In this document: piece after piece, positions 31,541 through 45,400 of the stretch
Position numbering within the stretch: the first letter of the stretch is position 1
Layout: each line of letters begins with the position of its first letter
Origin: a virus
Length of the DNA: 64,000 nucleotides
Reading direction: 5' to 3' (one strand)
Virus record (IMG/VR): IMGVR_UViG_3300009790_000004
Coordinates: 45,783-109,782 of that record
Program-made: the position numbers and the translations under genes
Notes under the pieces: generated by a model
Database searches by the model: none
Seen by the model: the letters and a program-made list of their open reading frames with translations, nothing else
What the model was told of the DNA's origin: nothing

Positions 31541-33460
31541 ATGCCATTCACCAAATTTACTAATTTAAATTTTAATGAAATCAAGGAATCTGTTAAAGAT
31601 TACCTAAGAGCTAACTCTGATTTCAAAGATTATGACTTTGAAGGGTCGAATATGTCGATTATTGTCGATATATTAGCGTATAATTCGTATATAACGGCGT
31701 TTAATACCAATATGGTTGCTAATGAGTCCTTTCTGGATTCAGCGACACTCCGAGAGAATGTAGTTTCTTTAGCAAGGAATATAGGATATGTACCCAGATC
31801 ACGAAAATGTGCTCAAGCAGTAGTTAATTTTGATTATAAATTCACTGGAAATAGTAATACGGTCACTTTAAAGCAAGGTTTAGCGTTAGTTGGTGCTGTA
31901 AATAATACAAGTTATGTTTTTTCTGTCCCAGAAGATGTAACTGTTAATAGTCCTTTAGATGCTGGAGGCATAAGTGGAAATAATTCACCTAGAACAGCAT
32001 CATTTTCTGGTTTAAATGTCTATCAAGGTACACTTTTAACTAAAAAGTTTACTGTAAATGGTAGTTCTGACCAAAGATTCGTTCTTGAGAACTCATTTGT
32101 CGATTTAGACACTCTCAGAGTTACTGTTAAGAAGTCTGGATCCTCTGCAGGACTAGCATTTTCAAGAATTGATAATATTATTGATGTAACTTCTGTATCA
32201 AATGTGTATTTGGTACAAGAAGTCAAGAATGAGACCTATGAATTGCTCTTTGGAGATGGTCTTTTTGGTAAAAAACTCGAACTTGGCGATGAAATTAGTA
32301 TATCTTACATAGTAACAGATGGAAAAGAGGGAAATGAAGGAAAATTCTTCAGTTTTTCGGGAAATATTGTAGATGATGCTGGAAATTCTCTTTCATCGAC
32401 CAGTCTTGTTCAAATAACTGCTACTCAAACCGCTAGGAATGGGTCGGATATTGAACAAATTGACTCTATTCGGTATTTTGCCCCTAGAATGTACTCCGCA
32501 CAGAACAGGGCGGTTACACCTAGGGATTATGAGGCTATTATACAGTCTGTTTATCCAAATACGGAGTCCGTTTCCGTAGTTGGTGGTGAGGAATTGGATC
32601 CACCTGAATTTGGAACGGTTGTTTTAAGCATAAAACCTAAAAATGGTACATTTCTATCTGACTTTACCAAGCAGAACATCCTAAATGATCTTAAACAGTA
32701 TGCAATTGCAGGTATTAACCAAAGAATTGAAGATTTAAAGATTCTATATGTAGAATTAGACAGTTATGTCTATTACAATAACAGTATTATTGATGATAAA
32801 GACCAACTTAAGGCAGAAGTTACTACTTCTCTTACAGAGTATGGAAAATCTGCTAATTTGAATGCATTTGGGGGTAGATTTAAGTATTCTGAGAGTCAAA
32901 GAATCGTTGATGAGACAGATCCTGCAATTACTTCCAATATTACACGAGTTACTATTCGCAGAGACCTAAAAGCACTCTTAAATCAGTCGGCTCAGTATGA
33001 ATTATGCTTTGGTAACCAATTTAACATCAAAACTGGTGGTGGAACCATTAAATCTACTGGATTTAGCATTACAGATATTGATGGTGAGGTATATTTAACA
33101 GATATACCGAGAGGGGATGGTCGATATGGTGATATTGCCATATTTAAACCTGCTGCTTCTGCTGAAGATGATGCAGTTGTTGTTGTTAAGTCTGCAGGTA
33201 CTGTAGATTATACAAAAGGTGAAGTTTTGCTCAATACTGTTAATATATCATCAACAGTTAAGACAAATGATGTAGTTGAAATACAAGCATACCCCGAATC
33301 TAATGATATTATCGGATTAAAGGACATTTACCTAAGTTTAGACATGTCAAATACTACGATAAATATCGTCAGAGACACTATATCTTCTGGTCAGCAAATC
33401 TCTGGCATAGGATATAAAGTCACCTCTAGTTACTCTAACGGATCGCTAATTAGACAGTAG
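31541..33460 (+). CDS. gp6: Baseplate wedge subunit gp6
   Basis: DYDFEGS, FLDSATLRENVVSLARNIGY, YELLFGDG and QNRAVTPRDY motifs. Confidence 0.93.
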   Translation: MPFTKFTNLNFNEIKESVKDYLRANSDFKDYDFEGSNMSIIVDILAYNSYITAFNTNMVANESFLDSATLRENVVSLARNIGYVPRSRKCAQAVVNFDYKFTGNSNTVTLKQGLALVGAVNNTSYVFSVPEDVTVNSPLDAGGISGNNSPRTASFSGLNVYQGTLLTKKFTVNGSSDQRFVLENSFVDLDTLRVTVKKSGSSAGLAFSRIDNIIDVTSVSNVYLVQEVKNETYELLFGDGLFGKKLELGDEISISYIVTDGKEGNEGKFFSFSGNIVDDAGNSLSSTSLVQITATQTARNGSDIEQIDSIRYFAPRMYSAQNRAVTPRDYEAIIQSVYPNTESVSVVGGEELDPPEFGTVVLSIKPKNGTFLSDFTKQNILNDLKQYAIAGINQRIEDLKILYVELDSYVYYNNSIIDDKDQLKAEVTTSLTEYGKSANLNAFGGRFKYSESQRIVDETDPAITSNITRVTIRRDLKALLNQSAQYELCFGNQFNIKTGGGTIKSTGFSITDIDGEVYLTDIPRGDGRYGDIAIFKPAASAEDDAVVVVKSAGTVDYTKGEVLLNTVNISSTVKTNDVVEIQAYPESNDIIGLKDIYLSLDMSNTTINIVRDTISSGQQISGIGYKVTSSYSNGSLIRQ

Positions 33461-33461
33461 A

Positions 33462-36400
33462 ATGATCGAAACATATTCTCCCTTAAGTCCTAGGGTAAAA
33501 ACTTATCAGGTCGTTAGCGAACTAATACCTGAATTTGCCAAATCAGAGAATCCTCTGTTTTCCAAATTCTTAGAGCAGTATTATATTTCTCAAGACTTCC
33601 AAGGTGGACCTGCAGATATTGCGGAGAATATTGATGCGTATATTAAGGTAGATAATTTAACTACTGATGTAATAAGAGGTACAACTACTCTTGTTGGTAC
33701 TATTTCATCAACAGATACTACTATAACTGTTGATAGTACTGATGGATATCCACAAAAACACGGTCTTTTTAAGATTGATGATGAAATTTGCGGATATACT
33801 GGTTTAACCACTAATAGTTTTACTGGTGTTTGGCGTGGTTTTAGTGGAATTTCCACATTTACCAAACAAAATGATCCTTCTGCCCTAGTATGGGAACAAA
33901 CTGTTGCAGGAGTTCATACAACTGGTGCAAATGTAGTTAATTTAAGTTCTTTATTCTTAAAAGAATTTTATAAGAACTTGAAAGCGATGTATACTCCAGG
34001 ATTAGAAGGAGTAACGCTTTCACCCCAATTAGATGTTAATAATTTCATAAAAGAAGCAAGAAGTCTATATGAAGCAAAAGGAACTCGTGCATCCTTTAAG
34101 ATTCTCTTTAAAGCACTGTTTGGAGTTGACCCAAAGATCAACGATCTTGAGAAATACCTAATTAAACCATCTTTTGCCAATTATTTGCGTAGAAGAACGG
34201 TTTCTGTGCAATTAATATCGGGTGATCCCTCGAAATTAGTTGGTCAGACACTTTTTCAGGATAACGATCCAACAAACCCTCAATTTAACGAAGCTTCTGG
34301 TCCTATTTCTGAAGTATCCAATATTAGAGAAGATTATTATAAACTTTCGCTATTTACAGGATTTGAAGAACGAGGTTTGACTGATGGTACTTTCATAGTA
34401 CCTGGACGAAGTAATAATGTTGGAAAAATTGGAATTGGTGCGTCTGTTATCACTGTAGACTCTACAATTGGTTTTTCTAGCATTGGTAATATTAAAGTTG
34501 GTGAAATTGGAACATCATTTTACCAAACATTCACTTATGGATCCAAAAGTATCAATCAATTCTTTGATGTTACTCCTTCAGTAAGTATTGAAATTCCAAG
34601 TAACAGTACAGTATCTACTTTTAATGTTGTTCATGGTTTTGAGGACGGAGATTCTAGCAAAAAGGTAGAAATGCGTCTAACTGGCGTACTTTCTGATTTT
34701 ATCACTAGTAGATCTCTCCGTAACCTTAAATCTACTTCAGATATTAAGGTTAAGAACTTAGGAAGGTATATTTCCAACCCTAACATCAATAAGACTTATG
34801 ATGAGGTCTTTTTCAATAGTTGGATCTACAATACATCCTCTAGATATCAAATATCAAATTGGGGTGGATCTAATTTCACTCTTGTTGGTAATATTGAGAA
34901 AAGTAGTCTTAAAACTGGTGATAGAATTGAAATTTTGCGTAGAAATAGTGAAGTTGTTGTTGCACCTTCGCTAATTGTTGCATCAATCAACGCAAGTGCT
35001 AAATCTATTAGTTTAGATGGTACTATTCCTACTCTTGATATAAGTTTAGATTATGATATCCGAAGACTGCAAGATAAAGTAAAATCATCAATTGTACCAG
35101 TTAAAGGTGGACAAGATCAGTTATTAACTGATATTAATAACGCATATATTGTTGATGAGTCTAAATCTGAATCAGGAAAGAGGGAAGCGTATGTTGCTTC
35201 TAGTTCTCTTCCCAGTTATACTATTAAAGCAGATAGAATACATGCAGTTTTAAATAATCCTTCTCTTGGTGGGGGAAACTGGGATGGATATAATAGCGTA
35301 GAGAACAAATATAGTATTATTTCTTTTGCAACTGATGTTCCATTTGAAACTGGAGATGAAGTAATATATGCTCCAGATCCAGGAACTGAGGTTATTGGTG
35401 GATTATCTTCACCAAGTTATTTTGTAGAAGTTCTAGGTAGTCCTAATCAGATTAAATTATACGCATCTCGCTCATTTATTAAAGCAAATCTACCAACTTA
35501 CTTCACTGCTCCATCTACAACTGTAGGTAGACACGATTTTATTCTTGCAACTCAAGGAACTAGAAATATCTTCCCTGCAAGACCAATAAAGAGGTTTATT
35601 CTAGAGCAACAACTTAAGAGTGGTAAAGAAGGTCAAACTACCTCTGAAGTTACCGTAGATGGCAATACTGCAATGCTTATTAATGGTATTGAGGTATTAA
35701 ACTATAAAGGTGCTGATCAGATATTCTATGGACCTGTAGATAACTTAAATGTTATCAATAGTGGTATATTATATGATGTTCAAGCAGCTCCAAACATTAC
35801 TATTACTGATGCTGCGGTAAGTGTTGCAAATACTGCTGGAGCAGTTCCAGTTTTAAGTGGAATTGTATCGAGTATTGTTATCGATCCATCTGATTATGAC
35901 CTTGATAAAGTCATTAGTGTTGAGATATATGGTGGTAATGGAAGTGGTGCTGTAGGTAGAGCACTAATTGAAGAACGATTTAGACAAGTATATTTTAATG
36001 GTATTAGTACTAATCTCGGTGGAGATGTTAGTGCAACTTACAATACATTCAATTTAGATAAAGATCATAATTTCTTAACTGGAGATAGGATAGTATACAA
36101 TAATAATGGTGGATCTAATATTGGTATTGCTACAACTGGATCTTCTTCTGATTCATTAACATTATTCAGTGGTCAGGATTATTATATAAATGTTTGGAAT
36201 TCTAAGGTCTTTTCTCTTCATAATAGGAAGAGTGATGCAGTTATTGGTATTAATACAATATTAATTGATGAAAATGCTGCTCAATCTAATGCAGGTCTTC
36301 ATATTTTCCGTACTTTTGATAAAAACCGCACAATTAGTAGAGTTGCTGTAGAAGAAGTCGGATCAAATTACTCAAATAGAAATTTATTTGTTAAATCTGT

Positions 36401-39400
36401 CGGAATTAATACTTTTAATGATTCTATTGAATTTATTAATCATGGATTGACCGATGGAGATGTATTGGAGTATGATAATAATGTAAATCCGATCATAACA
36501 GGTCTTAGTACAACAAAACAGTATCAAGTACTAAAGATAGACAAAGATAAGTTCAGACTTGCGGAAGCAGGAAATAAAGGTGATCGTGAACCGACTGAAA
36601 CCAATTATATCAATCGTCAAAATATATTTTTAGATTCTACTGGTATTGGTACAGGATATCATCATTTCAAATATCCACCAATCGTATGTAAGGTTAAAGT
36701 ATTAACTAAAGATCAGCAAGAACGAGAACTTACTGCAACTCCAGTTGTTAGGGGTAACATTAAAGAGATTTTAATGTATGAGCAGGGTGCAAACTACGGA
36801 TCTACAATTTTAAACTTCCCAAATCCACCAATTATCAATATTCCTTTTGGTAGATTGGGGCAAATTGGTCTTATTATCTCAAATGGAACAATTACTGATG
36901 CTTATGTTGCTAATGGAGGAAGTGGTTATGTAGGACCACCTGATCTTAATGTAGTTAGTGCAGCAACAACATCGACTGGTGCAATTTTAAGATCTATTGT
37001 TAATGATGCTGGAAAGATTACGGATGTGAAGGTCATATCTGGTGGTGTTGGATACGCAGATACTAATACTAGTGTTAATGTCGTACCTGTTGGTTCTGAG
37101 TTTAGGGCAGAAGCGTCTGTAAGAGCTCTTACTGTTAATAAGGCGTATCGCTTAGATCAGTCCGAAATGGACTATCTACAACCCATTGGGGATGGTTTAG
37201 CGGTTAATGTTGTTGGATATGGTAATTCTGTTAGGTCATTCTTTGGAGATGATGGATCTGGACATTCTCCTATAATTGGATGGGCATATGACGGAAATCC
37301 CGTATATGGACCTTATGGATTAGTTGATACCAACAATATTCAGTCTAATGTCAAGAAAATGGAGTCCAGCTATGAAATTTCAGCTGCAAGTATTGAAAAT
37401 AGACCTCCATCATCACAATTCCCTTATGGATACTTTATAGATGATTATGTTTACACTGGAAATGGTGATTTAGATGAGCATAATGGTAGATACACTAAAA
37501 CTCCTGATTTTCCTCAAGGAGTGTATGGTTATTTCGCTACTGTAGATCTTTTAAATGATCCTCAGTTCCCATTCTTCATTGGTAACACTTATAGATCTCA
37601 AGCTATTGAAGAAAATACTGTTAAGGGTCAATTAATTGATCAAACTAATTTTGATTTTGCTGGATCTTCTCTTGTAAGAAATACGCAACCTTATGGTTTA
37701 TTTGGTGATGGTGTTTCTTATGATTATGTTTTCCAACCATATAACACTAATAACCAAGTCTCAAACCCAAGTAATTTACTAGAGGGTTCTATAGAAAGCA
37801 TTAATATTTTAACTGGTGGATCTGGTTATAGTATTGGTGATAAATTAATCTTTGATGAAACTGGTACTAATGGTGTTGGTGTAGATGCGGAAGTTCAGCA
37901 GCTTTATGGAGAACCAATTGATAATATCACTAGTTCTGTAACTACATTATCAGATCTTCCTATCAAACATACGAGACAGGGTGTTGTTTTTAAATCATCT
38001 CCGTATCATGAATTTACTGGGTCAGATACAGTAAGAATTACTGGTATTTCCACTTACATCAAGGGATTGGATGGATTCCATAAAATTGCTGTTGCATCTT
38101 ATGGATCATCATTAAGAGACAATGGATATACTGGTATTATTACAGATCTAAAGGTTGAATTTGTTCCACCTAATATTGCTGTAGGGGATTCTATTGGTAT
38201 TGGTACAGAGACTGCTCGTATTCTTAGTTTCTACCCTAATGAGAAAATTGTTAGAATTGAAAGATATGCTGGATTTACCACTGCTGCAACAGGAGCTGCG
38301 GTCACATTCTTTACTAGTGAATTTACAGTTCCTCTAGAAGTAAATCCTTTTGAATCTAAGTTCCAAAATTTAATATACTTTAACCCCAAAGAAGCAGTTG
38401 GTGTAGGAACTACAGTTGGAATTTCTACTAGTGTAAATGTATCTCTTAATGGAGTTACTAAAGAGAGATCAATTCTTGCACAGTCTATACATTTACCTAA
38501 TCATGGTTTCTTAGATAATGATAAGGTTACTTTTGATAAGCGAGGTAATACTGATCTATTTGTTACTGATTCTATAAGTCCGTATACTGCTCCAAGTGCT
38601 TTGAGTGGTGATTATTATGTTATTAATAAAACAGCAGATACTATTGGTCTTAAAACTAATACAAGTGGTCCAGATTTATTCTTTACTACAACAGGTGCTG
38701 ATAAAGCGAATTATTCGTTTGTTTCAAATTATAGGCAAGAATCTGCTACCGTTAGAAGAAGTCAAGTAACAGTTCAGACAACCAAGAATCATGGATTGGA
38801 AGAAAATGATAGATTTAATCTAATAGTTAATACTGGATTGACAACTGGTATTGGTACTTCTACAAGAGCTACTGTTAAACTTATTGATGGATATACAATT
38901 ATCAATCCTCTTGAGATACCTACAAGCGGAGTTAATAGCACAACTAGCATAATCACTATACAGGATCATGCTCTAGAGACAGGATTTAAGGTTCTGCTCT
39001 ATGGTGCTGGTGGAGATTCGTCTAAACTTCCTGGTGGATTAGAACAGAGACCATATTTCGTCTATAAAATTGATGATGACACATTCCAGTTATGTAACAC
39101 TGATAAACAGTTAAAAACAAATCCACCAGAAATTGTCGGATTTAATTCTACAGGATTTAGTGGACAAACTATTAATCCTATAAATCCACCAGTTTCAGTA
39201 TTCCGTAATAATAATATTATATTTGACCTCAATGATACCAGTCTTTCTGGAGCAAATCTCAAATTCTTCTATGATAAGAATACTTTCAACGAATATGTTG
39301 GAACAGGACTTACATCAAATCTAGAAGTTGTTGGTTTTGGTACTGTTGGTGTTGGAACCACCAATCCTGCTGATATGGCATATAAGCAGATTAATTATAG

Positions 39401-42400
39401 CGAAAATCTTAAAAATACTCTGTATTATGCTATAGAAAAGGGTGGATACATCACAACTAGTGAAACTGATGTATTATACGGAAATCAGATAAAATATACA
39501 AATAGTGGATATAATGGAAAGCAATATATTGCTACTGGGGTTGCTGGAACATCATTTACTGCTAATATTGTTGCGGAACCAGAAAAATCTCGATATACGC
39601 AATCTGATTGCGAGGATTTGTATTATACCCATATAGGTGTTGCAGCAACTGGTGGTGTATCAAAAATCAAGATTAATAATGCTGGATTTGGATATAAGAA
39701 GCTTCCTGCAGTAACTTCTATAGGATCTAGTGGTATTAGTGCGGAATTAGAGTTATTTGGGAATAATGTCAACCTATTGGAGGATGTTAGTGTTCCTACA
39801 GATGTTTATGGTTATCCTGCAGATAATACATTAAAACCAGATGCATTCTTGCCTAGGATTCTTCAAATTAAAAATGCAAGTAAGGTTCTCTCTGCAAGTG
39901 TAACTTTTGGTGGAAAATCATACCTTAATGCACCATCTCTTGCTGTATATGATAAAACAACTGGAGAAATAGTTAATAACGGTCTTCTTACTGCGGAATT
40001 AAGTGATTCTGCTGTGAATAAGGTTAATGTTGTTGTTGAACCTAGAGGATTAACAGGTAACGATTATGGTATTGCTCCTTTAAGAAATAGTAACGGAATT
40101 AGTGTTATTGAAGCATTTTCTGATGTAGGAATTCTTACATGTAAGATTACTACTCCTATTCTTGGATATGATACAGAACCCTTCACTGCTGGCGATATTG
40201 TTTATCTTGAGGGTATAGAATTTACTGCTGGATCTGGAGATGGATTCAACTCTGGTGATTATAAATTTGTTGACTTTGAAATTGCTGATTATAATAGTGC
40301 AACTAATCCAAGAGAAGTCACATTCGCTTATACTGGATTATCTACTAATCCTGGAATTGGAGCAACTGTTGTTCCTGGATTTGGTCAGATTGTAAAATCT
40401 GGTGATCTTGCAAGATTTAGTGCATTAAAGTCATTCTCTGAATTTAGAATCAATGAACCATTAAGAAGAAACAGTGATTTATATACAGATTTGGTAATGA
40501 CTGATCTTGATACCAATACTGGTATTATGGTTGTTAGTGGATCTCTAAACCTTGAAATTGATGATCAATTAACAGGAACTAATAGTGGTGATGTATGCGA
40601 AGTACAGGCTATAACAGAATTTGATGGATATTTTGATATTTCATCTACAATTGATACTAATGTAGGTTGGTCTGATAATATTGGACTAATTGGTGATAAT
40701 AATCAATTCCTACCAGATAATGATTATTATCAAAATATGTCTTATGCTATAGAAAGTGAAAAGACATATGCGGATTTAATAACTTATGTTAATGATATAG
40801 TACACCCTGCAGGATTTAAAAACTTTGCAAATACTCAGATTTTAACAAAAGGTGATGCTGGAGAATCATTTGTTCCTGCTGCTGATGCTGGTGGATTGGT
40901 TCTTGATTTTGTTAGTGATCCACTTAGAATTGACGCTATCTACAATTATGATATTTCTAGAGATGCCAATTCTGCAAATAATCTTTCTAAATTCTTAGAA
41001 TTGAAGCAGACAAGACTTGCTGACTTTATTCTATGTAAGACTAATAGAGTTCTTTTGCATGATGATATTAGTCCTCAATTCATTAGTAATGAATCTAATG
41101 ATTTGAGTGATAGTAGAGTTATTGCTGCTACTCTTGCTGGTAGATATTTCTCTAGGTATCTTGTACAAACAATACATGATGCACAGGATCCACTTAAAAA
41201 TCATTATCAGATGAATGAGTTGATTCTGATCACATCTGGTGGTGATACCTATTTGGTTCAGAAGAGTGCTCTTAACAATACAAACCAAGTTGGTTTAGCT
41301 ACTGGATACGGAGAATTCTTTGCTCAGTATAATGTTAATAATGGTCAAACTCAGGTAAGAATCAAACCTTACGAACCATTTGATACCAATTATGATATTA
41401 AAGCAATGCAGCAAGGTTTTGCTGATGCTACTGGTACTGGTCAAACATCATTGGGTAATGCAGAAGTTAGAAGTGTTAATATTAGTGTAGGAACTGCTAC
41501 AACTACTCAAATTGTTGGATTTAATACAGCCAATTTAGCTGGTTCTCATGGGCATATTGCTGTTATTAATAAATCTGAAAACAAAGTTGATTATCATGAG
41601 TTGATATTACAGCATGATGGCACTGACACATATATGACCGAAGTTGCCTCTTTCAATAATAGGCAAAGTCTTGGAGGAATATCTTCTCCACAATTTATGG
41701 GAACATTTACTTCCGAGATTGATAGTGGAGTAGTTAAACTCAATTATATTCATAGCGAATCACAGAGTATTGATCTTAGATGTAAGTTTATGTCCTTCAA
41801 TCCTGTTGGATATGGAACTACTTCTGTTAAGCACTTTAATATTCCATTTACTCCAGAAGGATCAGAAAGAAGTGGAAGAATTATTGTAGGATCTTCTGCA
41901 ACAACAGGAATTGCTACTATATGCGGAATCACTTCATTTACCGATTTATCATTTAAATCTACAGTTTCTGTATCTTATGGAAATACTCAAACATTCCATC
42001 AGATTTATGTTTTATCTGATCCACATAAAGTAGATACATTCTTATCTCAAGGGCCTATTGCTGCTGTTGGAACTACCACGGGTGTTGGTTCATTTGGTGC
42101 TGAATTTAGTGGTAAGAATGTTAATTTAGAGTTTTATCCAGATCCAGGAGTAACGGGTATTGTTAGTATCTTCTCTTATAGTGAAGTAATTTACAAACAA
42201 AATGATCCTAATGGACTTCTTGTTGGTATTGGTTCATTTGACTACGGACAAGTATTTGAGAATGTAACCCAAAATACTTATCTGGGTATAAACAATAGAA
42301 ATATTAGAAAATTTGGATTAAAGTATCAAAATACTCCAATTTATCAAAGAGCATTTAACCCTGAGAATGCTAATGAGATTGATAAAGGAACGGGACTTAT

Positions 42401-45400
42401 TACATTAAAGCACTTCTTCTCTAATACAGAAAAAGTATCATATCTCCCAGATTCTAATATTGTTGGACTTGCTGCTAGTTCTCTAGAGTATAGTACTGGA
42501 TACGGATCTACTGTACTTCCATCTACCTGTTATATTGTTAAATCTAATAATAATCAGTTCTATATCTCAACATCAATTACTGATGCTAGAGTAGGAAAGG
42601 CGGTTACTTTTGCAAGTGGAGTTGGTCAAGGTAATCTTCATAAGTTTACGATGGATAAGAGAGACTCTAAATCCATTATTGCTCTTAACGGATTGGTACA
42701 AAAACCACTTTCTCACACATCTATTACATATGATTTAGATGTTGCCGTTAATGGTTTTGTTACTTGTTTTGCTTTAAGTGGTTTAAGCACAATTACTTCT
42801 GGAGATTTATTAAAAATTGATGATGAGTATAGTATCGTTCAAACAGTTGGTTTTGGTAGTACCACTACTGGACCTATTACTGGTATTGGAACTTGGAGTC
42901 TTGTTGAAGTAGAAAGAGGAACAGTAGGTAGTTCCGCAACAGTACACTCTGCTGGATCAACTGCAAGGATCTATAGAGGTGCTTTCAATATAGTTGATAG
43001 TGACATATATTTCACAAATGCTCCTCTTGGTGGTGACTTGGGTATGATTGACCCAGGCAACCTACCTTATCCTAGAGCATCATTTGGTGGAAGAACTTAT
43101 TTAAGACAAGATTATTCAACTAACCAAATATTTGATGACAACTCAGATGGTTTTGATGGTTTAGAAAATATATTCCCACTAACATCTACAGGTGTTGCTG
43201 TAACTGGTATTGGTTCAACTGGTGGTAATGGAGTTCTGTTTATTAACAGTATGTTCCAAGCACCATTTGGTGAGAACAACGAAGGTGTTGCAAACTTCAA
43301 GATTATTGAGCAAAGTCTTGGTGGTATTGCTAGTGTTAACTATACAGGTATTACTTCGTTTGGATATACAGATTTAATAATTGATGTGGATGATGTCAAC
43401 CAGAACCAATTGCCTAGAGGTGGAATTATTGTTTCTGTTGCTTCTACTCCAGGACAAGGATATGCTCCATTTAAGGGTGCTAAGGTTCATGTAACCACTG
43501 GTGCAGCTGGTGCTATTACTGGTATTACTGGTATATCAACAACAGACGACTTCATAAATGTAGAAAGTGCTATTTACGATACTAGAACTGGATTTGTAAC
43601 GGTATCTACCGCACAGAATCATAGATTGGGTGTTGAAGATTTTGCTAAGTTGGTTGGTTTAGAATTTACATGTAATGGATATCAGCATACTTATATTTCT
43701 GATGCTGGTGCAGACTCTGCTTTAGAAGTAGGTGGTAATTATCCACACCAATGGGTAACAAGTTCATCAAACTCTGTTGAATTTGGTGGAAGTTATGCAC
43801 ATCAATGGGTAAGTGCTAATAGTAATGCAGTTAATGTACAGAGTGGTTCTCAATCAGGAACACAGAAGTCACCTAGCAGTGGAACATACGATCCTGCTAC
43901 TGGAGTATTGTCATTGACATTTGGTGGCAATCATAATATGTCTACAAGTGATACTATTACACTTGATAACAATTCATTATTCTTCAAGTGTGCTAGAGAC
44001 AATTATGCAACTACTCATTCATATCCTCGGTCTGGATCCGATTATATCTCTGGAATAACAACTGCTGTTACAGTAACTTCAACAACTTCATTTACAATTA
44101 ATGTCGGCACAACACCTTTACAGTACTTTACTCCTACTGCTGGTGATTATAATGGTGCTACTGGTAATCTTACATTAACTATTGGATCTGCTGGTGTTGC
44201 TGCTGCTGTAGCAAATAATCTTAAGGTTGGTATTATCACAAGTTCTTTAACCTTTAGATGTGCTAGAGATGGATATGCTACAGATCATGTATATCCTCGT
44301 ACAACTGACCCAATTAATAACACTGTAGTGACCATTGGATCGACTACAGCAACTACAATTACACTTCCCGTTGGAATATCCACTAATGTTCGTTATGGCG
44401 TTTATAGTGCTGACTACAGTGGAGCAACAGGAATTATAAGAATTAGTACAGGAAGTTCTGCTTCTCAGGATGCAAATCAACCATTCGCTGTTGGCGATCT
44501 TGTTGGTATCGGAACGAATACTCTTAAGTTTACATGTGCTAAGGACAATCACGCAACTATTCATACATATCCACGCTCATCAGATCCTGCACACAATGTA
44601 ATGTTGTCTGTTGCATCAACATCTCAAACTGAATTTACAGTTGATGTTGGTAAATCTGGTCTTGGTTATGGTAACACTATTGGTATAACATCATTTGTTT
44701 ATGACCATATCAGTGGCATTGCAACAGTACTTACTGTAACCCCTCACGGTTTCTCTGATCCAAGTATGGTCGGTATTGCAACTAATGCATTGACATTTAC
44801 TTGCGAAATGGATGGATATAAGTCCAACCATTTATATCCAAGATCATCTGATCCTATAAACAATAAGTTCTTAGAAATACGCAATGTAACTAGAGACGAA
44901 TTTGATGTTAATGTTGGAATATCAACTCAAGTAACATATACACCCACAAATGCTGTATATGATCCTATTGCTGGCATCATGACGATGACTGTTGGATCTC
45001 ACAACATTATGTCGGGTACTAATATTAAGATTGCTCAAGAATCACTTAACTTTAAGTGTGCTATGGATGGTCTTTCTACCACTAAGTCCTATCCTAGAGT
45101 AACTGATCCATATTTTGATACTGCTATTTCTGTTGCATCAACTACTGCAACAGGCATTGCAATAACTGTAGGAACATCACCTACTGTTAATTACAGCATT
45201 ACTACTGCAACTTACACTCCATCTACGGGTATTGTAACTGCTACGATTGGTCAACATGCACTTAAAGATGGAACTTCTATTAAGTTAAAAGACGGATCTT
45301 TAATCTTTAGATGTGCAACAGATGGTTATGCATCTACTTCAACATATCCTAGAAGCACTATTGACACTCAAACCATTAATGGTGCTACTTATGATGCCAA